The notes under the pieces: model-generated | Seen by the model: only the letters and a program-made list of their open reading frames with translations | The model's database searches: none | What the model was told of the DNA's origin: nothing | Translations under genes and position numbers: made by a program | NCBI GenBank assembly: GCA_951406725.2 | Contig: CATOCA020000002.1 | Span: 868,001-932,000, forward strand | Direction: 5' to 3' | DNA length: 64,000 bases | DNA from: Octopus vulgaris | Lineage: Eukaryota | Shown: positions 43,984-62,289 of the stretch, one piece after another | Numbering within the stretch: the first letter of the stretch is position 1 | How the letters are laid out: each line of letters starts with the position of its first letter

Positions 43984-44984
43984 TCTAGTTTATATTTATA
44001 TTTATCTATACGTATTGTACTTATGGTATCATATTAGTCATTGATGTGTACTGTTTTGTTCTATATTATTGTGTTTGATCTTGATGTTCCTATGTAGTTG
44101 GTTAATAAATTAAGTGAATGGGTATTATCTGGTAGTTGATGATTGATTAAAGTGTATTCCTCCATTTTCTTATTTTGAATTTGAGGTAAAACATTTTACC
44201 TTCGCCCATATAATATAATAAATGAATTAATTGCATTGCAATTCTTAGCATTTATGTATTAACTTTATTGGGTGCTTTACTGGCAGTATATTGGATATAT
44301 GTTATCCCATAGAGGGTTACACTCACAACGCCTATCTCACTTTATATATTTATATATATATTTTAGAAGAACCTTCAAGAGATCGATGTTATCAGAAGTG
44401 AATGTTGTCTGTAAAGCAAATATAAGTGAAAGTACGACAAGACACTGTATTTGAGAAGAATATTTTTGCTTTTGATGTAGTATATGCAACTAAAACATAC
44501 CTCGCGAAGAACCGAACACATATGCTAAAGCCACGTATTTGAAAACCTCTGAAAAGCTACTTCCTGATATTGAATTGCTCAAATATTAAATTCACAAGCT
44601 GATCAAAACTTGAAAACAATCCACAAAATATTGCATTTATGAACATTGGAACTCTATTATTTTTTTTTGTTTACAAAATGCAAGTAAAAAATACGGAAAT
44701 ATCGAAGGTCTGGCTTTTATATCTTTCTTTCTTCTAAAACAGAGTGAAGGAAAGTGTTCTCTCAACCAGAAGGTAAGAAAAAAATGTTATTTATTATTAT
44801 TGATAATCGACGATCTTACGGTTCTAAGATCACCAAATAATCTATAGATATAATCGCGATTATAGATTAAAATAAAAAATGCTATTTTTATTTTTCAACG
44901 CGCATCTGTTTGTATATAAATTCGTCCGTGATACAGTGTTTTCTTCTCTCAATCCTGACTATCTGTGTAACCTGCTTTACTCTT

Positions 44985-45810
44985 TCTATCTCTTTCGTAC
45001 AATTCTCCCCTCCTTATCTGTTTCTCCCTCCCTCAGACCCTCTATTCTACTCTCTTATCTCTCTCTCTCTCTCTGCCATCGTTTCTCTTTCTGCATCTCT
45101 CCCCCCGCTCCCTCTTAGATCAACTTTCTCACATCTCACCCACCTCTCTGTTCTACTTCACTCATTCTCTCTTGTATCTCTATCCCGCCCTCTCTCTCTT
45201 TTACTCTCTCTCTCCCTCTCTGCCTCTCTTCTCTCCACTCCTTCTCAGGTCAAACCCCTTTCTCTTTTCCTCTCTGTCCCCTTACTTCTTTCTCTACACC
45301 ACTCTCCCTGTCCCTTTACTACACTCCCTTGCACCTCTATTCCGCCCCCTCTTTCCCTCTCTCCTTTTTCTTCCTACATCTCCTCTCCCTGCTCCCTCCA
45401 AGGTTCACCCCCTTGTCTCTCTTTTCCAATCTCTGTCTCCTTTCTCCACACCACCCTCTCTGTCCCTTTACTTCTCTCTCTGGTGCCACTATCCCACCCT
45501 CTCTCTCCCTCTCCATTTTTTCTCTCTGCCTTTCTTCTTCCTGCTCCCCCTAAGGTCCATCCCCTTGTCTCTCTTTTCCTCCCTGTCCCTTTACTTTCTC
45601 TCTACCACACCTCTATCCCGCTCACTCTCCCCCTGCTGACCTGCCATTATTTCTCTCTTCTCTTAGGTGAATCCCCTTGTCTCTCTCTATCCCCCCCCCA
45701 GCTGATCTGCCACCAGCTTTTTTCTTCTCTTCTCTCCTGTCCCCCTCAGGTCAACCATCTTATCTTTCCTTCTCTCTCTGTTCCTCTATTTCACTCTCAC
45801 TGTATCTCAG
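44985..45810 (+). repeat. Polypyrimidine tract with degenerate ~150-bp periodicity
   Basis: Almost purely C/T. The motif aggt(t/c)ca.ccc.ttgtctctcttttcc recurs at about 45247, 45400, 45552, 45665 and 45748. Confidence 0.8.
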
Positions 45811-48800
45811 GCGAAAATGTCAAGGAACTGGTCTGCGAGGGAGTTGCAATTGTTCGTCCGTGCCTGGAAGATTGCCGAGGGCGACTTGCCAAAAATATCA
45901 TTGCAGCGGCGCTTAAGAGCAATGATTTCTCGAGGACCACCGCTCAGATAGAGCGAAAGAAACACGAATTCCTCCGTTTATACACTCTAATCAGACAACA
46001 CATGGACACTCTGGACATCATCCTAGGAGGTGACTGCACCAGTTAGGACCAATTGGATGGAGAAAACATCCAGGACCCAACAAAAGATACAACCGAGAAA
46101 CCTGCAACGAAGGGAAACAAGGGCACATGTCCACACAACTGAAGACCAAAGAGGTGCGATAGCCCCCCCCAAAAAAGGAAAGCACCCTAAAATCGACGGA
46201 AAACAAAAGGTAAAAGACAAGAAAACTAAAACAAACACTGTTCAGAAAAAGCAGAAGAACCCCAGCAAGAAACATCTGCAAATTCTACCTGAAGGGAGAC
46301 TGTTGGCATGGCGTCGAAGGTGCAAACTGTCGTTTTGCACATCAGAAGCCCTGCCAAAACCGCATGGACACAAGACAAAAATCCCTCCCTCGGGGAGAAC
46401 AAAAAGATAAAGAAAAATATAAAAGAAGGAAAAATGGCGCACTGACCACTCCTGAAAGACGATATGCGGATGTAGTGCGTGGTAGCCCAACAAATGCCAG
46501 TTTCACCAAGATGTGAGAAGGGCAGCAGTTGAACAACAATCTTTTTTGTACATGGCACAAAAAACATTCAGCAGCTGACCTGGCTACAAACACAAAGCTG
46601 GAACTACCACCACATAAGGCCACCACCAACAGATGCAGGATGGCCACCACGGACACCAACACCAACACACACACCACAAAAATATTTCTACTGAATGTAG
46701 GAGGGCTGCTGCGCGGAAACTGTAAAAGGAAAATCTCATTCCTGAGAGACCTTGTGACATGCAATCAAGCTATATGCATGGCACTCATAGAAACGCATCT
46801 TGGACCCGATATAGGGGATGCAGAAATACACATACCGCAATATGGTGTCATACACTCAGATAGAAAAGGGAGGAGCCCTGGTGGAGTTTCAATGTACATC
46901 CGAGATGACCTCACGCCCCAGGTCCTGATGTCATATTCAAACTCAGTGTGTGACACTCAAATTGTACACATAAGACAACTGAATATCATCATATGTACTA
47001 CATATCGCCCACCGGATGCCCCAAATCACTCGGGCATGTTTGAAGACTGCCTAACAAAAATAGGAGAAGTTCTCACTAACCTGGAACAACACAGTAGTGT
47101 ATTCTTCATGGGTGACTTTAAGTTCCCAGTGTGGAATGGCCGGGGGGTCAGATGCTCCCAGGGATGACACACCATCAGCAGGCACAGGCAGAGACCCTGC
47201 TCCATCTCACAAATGCCTCTTTCATGGAGCAAATAGTGCTGCAACCAACAAGGGCAGATAATATACTGGATCTCTGCTTCACAAACAATATGGATATTAT
47301 CCATAATGTTAAAGTGATGCCGACAATGATCTCGGATCACAACATAATAGAGCTGTCTATGTATGGACCAAAAGCCCCCGCAGACACACAGCCTATACGA
47401 AGCATCCACAATCTCTCCAACTTAAACTTTCATAAAGCAAATTGGAAGTTGATTGAGAAAAAGATCCTCAAACAGGATTGTCCTAAATGTCTCTCTACAC
47501 CGGACATTAACATGAAACACAAACACTTCATGTCCATAATACAAGCCATATGTGACAAATATGTCCCAGTGTGCAGGGCCAGCACACACAAAAACAAAAA
47601 CAGGATCCCTAGAGAAAGGAAGATTCTTATGAGATGACGGACAAGGATTGCGAACCGCCTGAGCAAGCACACCAAAAGTGGTGAGAAGTCTCGGCTCGAG
47701 AGAATGCTAATGGAAATTGAGAAAAGTCTGCATCAGTCTCATGAAAAGGAGAGAGCAGATAAAGAAGCTTGGGTAATAGAAAATATAAAGTCAAACCCTA
47801 AAGCTTTCTTTAAGTTTGCCAAAGAGACAGCCACAGTGCACCAGAGAATAGGACCTCTCTTCCAAAAAGATGGCTCTCTCACAGGAAATCCCACGAGGAT
47901 AAGTGAAATACTGAACGAACAGTTCCAAAGTGTGTTCACTACACCTCTAGGACACAGGCAAGTAAACAACCCAGAAGAATTCTTTGCCACTTTACCTGCA
48001 GCCAAAGAGGCAAAAATTGAGTACATCAACATTGAAGATGATGATATTACACTTGCCATAGATGAGATTGACACAAACTCAGCTGCTGGACCTGATGGAT
48101 TTCCAGCAATCCTTCTCAAATTGTGCAAACGAGCCCTTGCAAAACTGCTACAGCTTCTTTTTCAGAGCTTTCTTGCAAGTGGTAAGCTCCCAGTCAAATT
48201 GAAAGAGAGGGTAATTTGCCCTATCCATAAGGGAGGAAGCAGAGCAGATGCTAAAAATTATAGGCCTATCTCTCTGACCTCACACATCAGCAAAGTCATG
48301 GAACGAATAGTCCGTAAGAAACTAATCATGTTCCTTGAAGAAAATGACTTGCTGACTGACACCCAGCATGGATTTCGACCAGGTAGAAGCTGCCTAACAC
48401 AGCTCCTGCAACACTATGACTGGGTGTTAAAACAGCTACTAAATGGCTCAAATGTGGATGTGATATATCTCGACTTTGCAAAAGCCTTTGATAAAGTCGA
48501 CCAAGGTATGATTTGTCACAAACTGCGTGGTCTCGGCATAGGCGGAAAACTTGGGGAGTGGCTGCACAGCTTCCTAAAAGATAGAAGGCAGGCAGTCGTT
48601 ACCAATGGAGCCACCTCCAAGGAAACACAAATAACAAGCGGTGTTCCACAGGGCACTGTCTTGGGCCACTGCTGTTCATAGTGGCCCTTTCAGACATGCC
48701 TTCAGTTGCTAAGATGGCCACCCTTGCTAGCTATGCAGATGACACAAAAGTCTCCCACACAATACAAAACCCTGGAAATATTGCACATCTGCAACAGGAG

Positions 48801-49725
48801 TTGGATACAATATACAGGTGGGCTGAGGACAACAACATGCAGTTTAATGCAGGTAAGTTCCAGGCCCTGCGCTACCGGCACACAAAGGTAAACGACATGC
48901 AGACTGGATACACTGGCCCGGGAAGAATTGCAATCCCTGAGTCAAAATCAGTGCGTGACCTGGGCATTGACATGAGCAATGATGCATCTTTCCAAGTGCA
49001 TATTACTAATCTGGTGATAAAATGCTGACAGCTAGCTGGATGGATTCTCCAAACTTTCAGAACAAGAGAGAAGGAGACACTGATGGTCCTCTGGAAAACT
49101 TTCGTCCTCAGCTGCTTGGACTACTGCTCCCAACTATGGTCACCACACAATATAAAACTAACAGCAGAACTCGAAGCAATTCAAAGAAGCTACACAAAGA
49201 AGATCATCTCAATGCAACATGTCAGCTACTGGGAAAGACTGAAAGTATTAAACCGCTTCTCCTTAGAGCTAAGGGAGAGATATGCAGTGATATGCATCTG
49301 GAAAATCCTGGAGGGTCTTGTCCCAAACTTTGGCATTCAAAGTTACCCCAACTACAGAATGGGGTGCCACTGCATGGTGTCAAAGATTCCAACATCACCA
49401 TCAAAATACAGGGCCAAATACTGCAACAGCTTGGGTTTCAGAGGACCACAGCTCTTTAACATTCTCCCTAAATGCCTGAGAGACTTACATGGTGTGGATG
49501 TGGGTTTCTTTAAAACTAAACTGGAACTCTTCTTGTCGGGAATCCCAGATGAACCAACCTCACGACAGGAGATGCAGATGCGGGCAGCAGTATCGAACTC
49601 CCTTGTTGATCAAGTGCCACGTATCAGAGGTGGATTCACATATTAGTGTAGCTCATTCAGTGGTGGTGGCCCAGCATGGCCGCGGCCTTCAGGTTAAAAC
49701 ATTTTTTAGGATTTAAGCATTTAGA
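45810..49725 (+). mobile_element. Near full-length decayed CR1-group LINE (ORF1 remnant + APE + RT)
   Basis: ORF1-like CKFYLKGDCWHGVEGANCRFAH and RYADVVR. APE motifs LNVGGL, IETHL, TYRPP, MGDF, LDLCF, SDH. RT at 47704-49646 with frameshifts. 3' tail followed by (TA)n. Confidence 0.9.
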
Positions 49726-50120
49726 TATATATATATTTATATATATATACGTTTATATATTTGTAAGATGATGTGCAAGATTTTTTATGTGAATTCATGT
49801 GTTGAAACAGATATTGTTATATTTCGGAATGGTCATTTTGCCAGTTTAGCCATATGTAATGATAATATGCAATGATAATAATAAGTGGATGTAAACACAT
49901 GAACAAAATAAGAATAAACAAAAACAACAACAAAAACAAATTACATGAACGTATATAAACAGAAGATATAAATATTACAGGCACCCCCCCACACACACAC
50001 TAAATAAACATAGACGCACATAAAGATATAAGCATGCGCAAATGAAGACATACAATAGAAATACAAAATGGCTGATGGTAAGTACGGAGAGACACAAATA
50101 AGAAAGAAGAAAACAAAGGA

Positions 50121-50160
50121 CCACTGATGCGGTCACAGGAGTGTGACGAAAGAACTCTGG
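50121..50160 (+). ncRNA. Degenerate minimal hammerhead
   Basis: CCA-CUGAUGC-G-GUCAC-AGGAGU-GUGAC-GAAA-GAAC-UC-UGG. The host element has an inverted repeat, 49812-49850 vs 50243-50283. Confidence 0.55.
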
Positions 50161-50276
50161 CCGAAATAAGATTAAGATTAATATAAAAAATAAATAACAC
50201 TGAAGCAAAATAACACCAAATATATAGTGCGTGTGTTTTTATTGGCTAAACTGGCAAAATGACCATTCCAAAATAT

Positions 50277-50323
<47 letters not shown>

Positions 50324-51309
50324 TATATATATAAAACTGAAATGCGTTTTTACCGCTTGGATCTCACTCCAAAATTTACACCTTTTCTTTCTACCTCTAA
50401 CTCCCCTTCAAGTTCTCTTTATCTCCATTCATAAAGATAATTATCATCGCCACCACCACCAACACACAATCTGGACAATCTTTCTCTTAAAACAAATCAT
50501 GTTTACATTGCAATGACGTCTGTGCCACCTCTGCCATCTCTATTTATTCTGCAAATGACCAGAACTCGGGAAACTTGGTTGAGTGTTCTATGGTCTATGA
50601 CCAGAACTTGGGAAACTTGGTTGAGTCCTCATCTTATAAAATGTGGCCCCAGTAGACTCAAATGAAATTGGGTTATATTAACCAAAATGTGAAAAGGGGT
50701 CTAAATGGGGCTGGAAGGGGATTAAAATTTAAAGGAGCAGGTGTTTAGCAATTCTCTGTTACATCAAGCTAAAAAATTTGCGCCAGCCTTTTAATCATCA
50801 ATGTGTTGCCGTCCATGATGAAGAAGTTTTGAATGCTTGCCATGGTGAGTCTACTGTCGTGAGAAAGAATCACTTCAAAACTTGGTTTTTAGGGATTTTC
50901 TTTTACATCAAGTCCAAAATTTTACACCAGCCGTTGAACTGTCAATACATTGCTGTCCGTCGTTAAGAAATGCCAGCCATGGTGACTCTACTATCCTCAG
51001 ATTCTATCCCTTCAAACTTTGTTTTCCAATATTTTATTATTTTTATTCAGCTTGCAAGTTCGTCTGTCCCTTTTAAATGTTAGCGTTTTGCTGTCTGCCT
51101 TGAAGCAGACCTTTCCGTTGCCACTGCCTGATATTTATGATTGATCTTTCTAAATATTTTATTTCTCAACTTACTCAAGATCTTCTGTTGTTTATAAATG
51201 GGAGAGAGAGAGAGATAGATAAAGATAGAGAGTAAGAGAAAGCGAGGGAGAGTCCGAGAGAAAAGAAAAGTAAGAGAGTGGGAAAGTGAGAGAGAAACAA
51301 AGAGGGAGA

Positions 51310-51620
51310 ATCATCATCATCATCATCATCGTTTAACGTCCGTTTTCTGTGCTAGCACGGGTTGGACAGTGTGACCGGGGTCTGGGAAGCCAGGGGACTG
51401 CACCAGGCTCCAGTCTGATCTGGCAGTGTTTCTACAGGTGGATGACCTTCCTAACACCAACCACTCTGTGAGTGTAGTGGGTGCTTTTTTGTGCCGCCGG
51501 CACAGGTGACAGGGGGGCTTGCAGCGGCAACGATCGGTTGGTGCTTTTTACGTGCCACTGTCACAGAAGCAAGTCAAGGTGGTGCTGCAATCGGCCACGT
51601 TCGGATGGTGTTTTTTACAT
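51310..51620 (-). mobile_element. RTE 3'-UTR-derived element
   Basis: (CAT)n then cgtttaacgtccg...ttcctaacaccaaccactc. Confidence 0.75.
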
Positions 51621-51703
51621 GCTGAAAGGAAAACCAAAGCACTTGAAAACAAGCCACGCAGGCAAAAGGAAAAAATGACGAAAATCATTCTATATTAGGT
51701 TAT

Positions 51704-51794
51704 CCATGGACGTACGTTTCGGAATTAAGTCAGTATAAAGCATAAATAATAAATAATTATACCTTACCTGACTATTTTTATCTCTTCAGCGTGG
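51704..51794 (-). ncRNA. Type-I hammerhead ribozyme
   Basis: CCACG-CUGAAGA-...AGUCAG...CUGACU...-GAAA-CGUACG-UC-CAUGG. The host element (about 51625-52240) ends in an inverted repeat, 52030-52103 vs 52167-52240. Confidence 0.7.
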
Positions 51795-52239
51795 GATTCC
51801 TCAATTATAAATAATTGAATATTAAATTTGAAGGCACTGGAAAATATCTTTTAACTTAACGGTATCAGAGAGATCGTATTCCGTGCTAGTGCCGCCAAAT
51901 TAAAAAAAATGAGTGAGAGTAAGTCATCCTCCCTCGCCCACCAGCGTGTTGTCAAAGTGAGATGCTACAGTTTTTTTCTCGGGGAAAAATACCATTATCA
52001 ATAATAACAACGGGTGAAATTAATTAATAAAGAAGTAATCAGTAAATTCACCAAGCAGGATTCGGCATGAAAAGGACCATTTCATGGTAAGTTTAAGTAA
52101 TACTAAGACTGCTATTTCTAAACTCCGGTATGTGAAGCAAATCGTAGCTGAACCCTAATTATATAGCATTACTTAAACTTACCATGAAATGGTCCTTTTC
52201 ATGCCGAATCCTACTTGGTGAAATTGCTGATTACTTCTT

Positions 52240-54087
<1,848 letters not shown>

Positions 54088-54090
<3 letters not shown>

Positions 54091-54770
54091 AATAGATATA
54101 AGAGAGTGGTAACTATGTGGCTCACTCTAGCACCAGTTAATCCAAAAGGTTTCAACCACGAAAATACATGTTTCCCATGAAAGTCAGTACGATTGTTAGC
54201 TCACACGGACAGGGCAAATAAAAAATAACAAAAATACAGATTATTTTGGGACAATTGTTTCGCTATTAATGAATTAAATGTAATTTTACTTACAAAAAAA
54301 ATCCATTTGTAGCTCGTCAGCCAAAACTATCTGGATGAAATCCACTCAATCACACGCCAGATTTTACCATAACGATAAATACGCGTGTGGTTCAATTGAT
54401 TACATCCGACGTTATAATTCAAATGCCCCAACTAACAACGCGCCAAACTTTCACGGAAAACAAATACAGCATTTAGAAATAAATGCAGCATAATTATAAT
54501 TAATTAATAAGGGTGAGAGAATTAGATACTAATTTAATAGTATATCTATTCAACACCAAGTGGCCTAGTGCTCCGAGAAACCTGGATTATTATAATATTT
54601 TATAACATATTATAATATTTTTACAAAATAAATATAAGAGAGTGGTCACTATGTGGCTCACTCTAGCACCAGTTAATCCAATAATAATCCAGGTTTCTCG
54701 GAGCACTAGGCCACTTGGTGTTGAATAGATATACTATTAAATTAGTATCTAATTCTCTCACCCTTATTAA
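54088..54770 (-). mobile_element. Retrozyme-like element: 536-bp monomer + about 50-bp tandem copy + start of inverted copy
   Basis: agagagtggt.actatgtggctcactctagcaccag at 54101 and 54637. 54682-54770 inverts about 54503-54592. Confidence 0.8.
54244..54326 (-). ncRNA. Type-I hammerhead ribozyme (canonical core, GUC site)
   Basis: UUUUGG-CUGACGA-GCUA...UAGC-GAAA-CAAUUG-UC-CCAAAA. Confidence 0.88.
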
Positions 54771-55155
54771 TCTCTCTCTATATAAACGGCAGTTTGTCTG
54801 TGCGTGTTTCTGTGTGTCTGTTTGCTTGTACCCTTACCCTGACCACGGCTTTCAACCGATTCTGATGAAACTTGACACACACATAGCCCAATGTCATAAT
54901 TCAAAACTAACGCAGCGAAAATTTTGAAAAGTTCCCCCAGTTCTGAAAAAAATCGATAAATTCGACATGGGGTCGAGAATGAGAAACCCAAACCACAGAC
55001 CGTCTAGGGGACGCAACTCCACCTGTTTTAACTCTCAAAAAAAATTTACCATCATTTTTTTTCCATTTTTTTGCTATTTTTTGGCTATAACTCTCTAAAA
55101 ATGCTTTATAGTTATTTCCCTTACAAACCTGAGCAACGCCGGGCGATACTGCTAG
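54771..55155 (+). mobile_element. Non-autonomous Helitron
   Basis: 5' TC, 3' hairpin cctgagcaacgccggg followed by CTAG, no TSD. Confidence 0.8.
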
Positions 55156-55371
55156 TATATATATATATGTATATAAATATATATATATATATGTATATAA
55201 ATATATATATATATATGTATATAAATATATATATATATATGTATATAAATATATATATATATATGTATATAAATATATATATATATATGTATATAAATAT
55301 ATATATATATATATGTATATAAATATATATATATATATATGTATATAAATATATATATATATATGTATATA

Positions 55372-56676
55372 ATTTCGGGTATGGAAGCAAGGGTTGGAAT
55401 CAAAGGGCCTTAGAATAAATGTAGCAAAGACCAAAGTATTAGTAAGCAGCAAGAGGTACTCAACACACATCCCCTCGGGTAGGTGGCCCTGCTCAACCTG
55501 TAGGAAAGGTACAGGTAGAAACTCCATAAGATGCACCCAATGTAAGTTATGGACACATAAGAGGTGCAGCAACATTAAAGGGAAATTAACAGATAAGATA
55601 GCTTTCATGTGCGGCAGATGCACAGGGACAATAGACACAACAGACACTCAGAAAACAGATTCCATCACACTCCAGGGAGAGAAACTAGAAGTAGTTGATA
55701 GTTTCCGCTACCTGGGAGACCAAGTTAGTAGCGGAGGTGGATGCACAGAGAGTATCACCACTAGAATACGAATAGCCTGGGCAAAGTTCAGAAAGCTCCT
55801 ACCCCTACTGGCAACAAAAGGCCTCTCCCTCAGAGCAAAAGGTAGATTATATGATGCATGTGTGCGAACTGCCATGCTTCACGGTAATGAAACATGGGCT
55901 GTGACTGCAGAAGACATGCGTAGACTTGAAAGAAATGAAGCTAGCATGATCCGCTGGATGTGTAGTGTCAGTGTGCACGCAAAACAGAGTGTAAGTATCC
56001 TGAGAGAAATACTGGATATAAGAAGCATCAGATGTGGTGTGCAAGAGCGACGCTTGCGATGGTATGGTCATGTGCTGCGGATGGATGAAGAGAGATGTGT
56101 GAAGAAGTGCCACTCCCAAACAGTTGAAGGTATCAGGGGGAGAGGTAGACCCAGGAAGACATGGGATGAGGTGGTCAAGCATGACCTCAGAGCATTGGGC
56201 CTCACTGAGGCAATGGCGAAGGACCGAGATCTCTGGAGATATGCTGTGACTACAAAGACCCGGGCTGCTTTCTGCAGCAATTCCACATACCCCCTACCCA
56301 TTCTAAGTACCCCCCTACCCATTCTAAGTACCCCGGATCCCCAAAGTACCCCGGATCCCCAAAGTACCCTGGATCCCCAAAATACCCCAATCCCCAAAGT
56401 ACCCCGGACCTCGTTGCCCCCGTGCCGCTGACACGTTAAAATGCTCGAATCCGATCGTGACGATGCCGGACCCTCCGGCCCCTGTGCAGGTGGCACGTAA
56501 AAAGCACCCAATCCACTCACGGAGTGGTTGGCGTTAGGAAGGGCATCCAGCCGTAGAAACTCTGCCAGATTCAGACTGGAGCCTGGAGCGGCCCCTGGCT
56601 TCCCAGACCCGGTCAAACCGTCCAACCCGTGCTAGCGCGGAAAGCGGACGTTAAACGATGATGATGATGATGATGA
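55372..56676 (+). mobile_element. 5'-truncated RTE LINE (related to 23519)
   Basis: ORF 55394-56431 with the Cys-rich insert, FRYLG and GRPRKTW. 18-bp tandem repeat at 56285-56410. (ATG)n tail. (TA)n flanks. Confidence 0.92.
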
Positions 56677-56845
56677 TATATGTATATAAATATATAAATA
56701 TATATATGTATATAAATATATATATGTATATAAATATATATATGTATATAAATATATATATATGTATATAAATATATATATATATATATGTATATAAATA
56801 TATATATATATATATGTATATAAATATATATATATATGTATATAA

Positions 56846-56900
<55 letters not shown>

Positions 56901-56932
56901 AATATATATATATATATATATGTATATAAATA

Positions 56933-57375
56933 TTTAGTATCTAATTCTCTCACCCTTATTAATTAATTATAATTATGCTGCATTTATTTCTAAATGCTGT
57001 ATTTGTTTTCCGTGAAAGTTTGGCGCGCTGTTGGTTGGGGCATTTGAATTATAACGTCGGATGTAATCAATTGAACCACACGCGTATTTATCGTTATGGT
57101 AAAATCTGGCGTGTGATTGAGTGGATTTCATCCAGATAGTTTTGGCCGAAGAGCTACAAGTGGATTTTATTGTAAGTAAAATTACATTTAATTCATTAAT
57201 AGCGAAACAATTGTCCCAAAATAATCTGTATTTTCTTATTTTTTATTTGCCCTGTCCGTGTGAGCTAACAATCGTACTGACTTTCATGGGAAGCATGTAT
57301 TTTTTGTGGTTGAAACCTTTTGGATTAACTGGTGCTAGAGTGAGCCATATAGTGACCACTCTCTTATATTTATTT
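56933..57375 (+). mobile_element. Retrozyme-like monomer fragment (54088 family), no Helitron
   Basis: Slightly diverged reverse complement of about 54095-54535. Shows the empty Helitron site attaa^ttaattat. Confidence 0.8.
57140..57221 (+). ncRNA. Type-I hammerhead, core variant CCGAAGA
   Basis: UUUUGG-CCGAAGA-GCUA...UAGC-GAAA-CAAUUG-UC-CCAAAA. Confidence 0.75.
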
Positions 57376-60385
<3,010 letters not shown>

Positions 60386-60415
60386 TGTATATAAATATAT
60401 ATATATATACATATG

Positions 60416-60467
<52 letters not shown>

Positions 60468-60651
60468 AATATATAAATATATATATATATATGTATATAA
60501 ATATATATATATATGTATATAAATATATATATATATACGTATATAAATATATATATATATATGTATATAAATATATATATATATGTATATAAATATATAT
60601 ATATATGTATATAAATATATATATATATGTATATAAATATATATATATTTG

Positions 60652-60726
<75 letters not shown>

Positions 60727-60727
60727 A

Positions 60728-61888
60728 AAATCAAAATCAATTCAAATCAAATCAAACCAAATCAAAATAGACGAACATCAATGGAATTTGTATCTTTGTG
60801 GTACCAGTACCGGTGGCACACAAGAAAACCATCCGAACGTGGCCGTAGCCAGTACCGCATCGACTGGCCTCTGTGATGTGGGCACATAACAAACACCATC
60901 CGATCGTGGCCGTCCGCCAGCCTCATCTGGCACCTGTGTCGGTGGCACATAAAAACACCAACCGAAGACCCGGCAAGACTAGTCAGGCCATAACCCATGG
61001 CCCCTACTTGGGACGTAGTCAGTCCACCTGTGCATACCTTCCTTCCTTCTCATGACACTTGTGAAGACCTGTGAAGACCTGTTGAGGCAAGTGAAAATCA
61101 AATCAAATCAAATCAAAATAGATGAACATCAATGGAATTTGTATCTTGTGGTACCAGTGCCGGTGGCACACAAGAAAACCATCCGAACGTGGCCGTAGCC
61201 AGTACCGTATCGACTGGCCTCCGTGCTGTGGGCACGCAACAAACACCATCCGATCGTGGCCATTCGCCAGCCTCATCTGGCACCTGTGTCGGTGGCACAT
61301 AAAAACACCATCTGAAGACCCGGCAAGACTAGTCAGGCCATAACCCGTGGCCCCTACCTGGGACGTAGTCAGTCCACCTGTGCATACCTTCCTTCTTGTG
61401 ACACTTGTGAAGACCTGTTGAGGCAAGTTAAAATCAAAATCAAATCAAATCAAAACAAATCAAAATAGATGAAGATCAATGGAATTTGTATCCTTGTGGT
61501 ACCAGTGCCGGTGGCACACAAGAAAATCATCCGAACGTGGCCGTAGCCAGTACCGCATAGACTGGCCTCCGTGCTTTGGGGACGTAACAAACACCATCCG
61601 ATCGTGGCCGTCCGCCAGCCTCATCTGGCACCTGTGTCGGTGGCACATAAAAACACCATCCGAGCGTGGCCGTCTGCCAGCCTCGTCTGGCACCTGTGTC
61701 GGTGGCACATAAAATCACCCACTACACTCTCGGAGTGGTTGGCGTTAGGAAGGGCATCCAGCTGTAGAAACACTGCCAGATCTGACTGGCCTGGTGCAGC
61801 CTTCGGGCTCCCCAGACCCCAGTTGAACCGTCCAACCCATGCTAGCATGGAAAACGGACGCTAAATGATGATGATGATGATGATGATG
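60728..61888 (+). mobile_element. RTE 3' UTR, tandemly triplicated, no ORF
   Basis: Unit (aaatc)n-aaatagatgaacatcaatggaatttgtatc... starts at about 60730, 61095 and 61430. The last unit runs to the (ATG)n tail. Confidence 0.85.
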
Positions 61889-61943
61889 TATATAAATATA
61901 TATATATATATATGTATATAAATATATATATATATGTATATAA

Positions 61944-61978
<35 letters not shown>

Positions 61979-62113
61979 TATGTATATAAATATATATATA
62001 TATATGTATATAAATATATATATATGTATATAAATATATATATATATGTATATAAATATATGTATATAATATATATATATATGTATATATAATTATATAT
62101 ATATATGTATATA

Positions 62114-62148
<35 letters not shown>

Positions 62149-62157
62149 TGTATATAA

Positions 62158-62254
<97 letters not shown>

Positions 62255-62255
62255 A

Positions 62256-62289
<34 letters not shown>

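Larger units (their letters stand above)
39452..44345. mobile_element. Large inverted repeat (arms about 2.1 kb, spacer about 300 bp), Penelope-like, one hammerhead per arm
   Basis: About 39452-41570 is a diverged reverse complement of about 41865-44345 (excluding the LTR). (TA)n at both outer ends. Confidence 0.85.

Noticed and set aside
44910-46046. 378-aa Ser/Leu/Pro-rich ORF
   Set aside because: Mostly a translation of the polypyrimidine tract. Only the last ~75 codons could belong to the LINE ORF1.
50555-51010. Short direct repeats (about 30 bp and 150 bp)
   Set aside because: Likely an old repeat fragment. No termini, TSD or motif identified.
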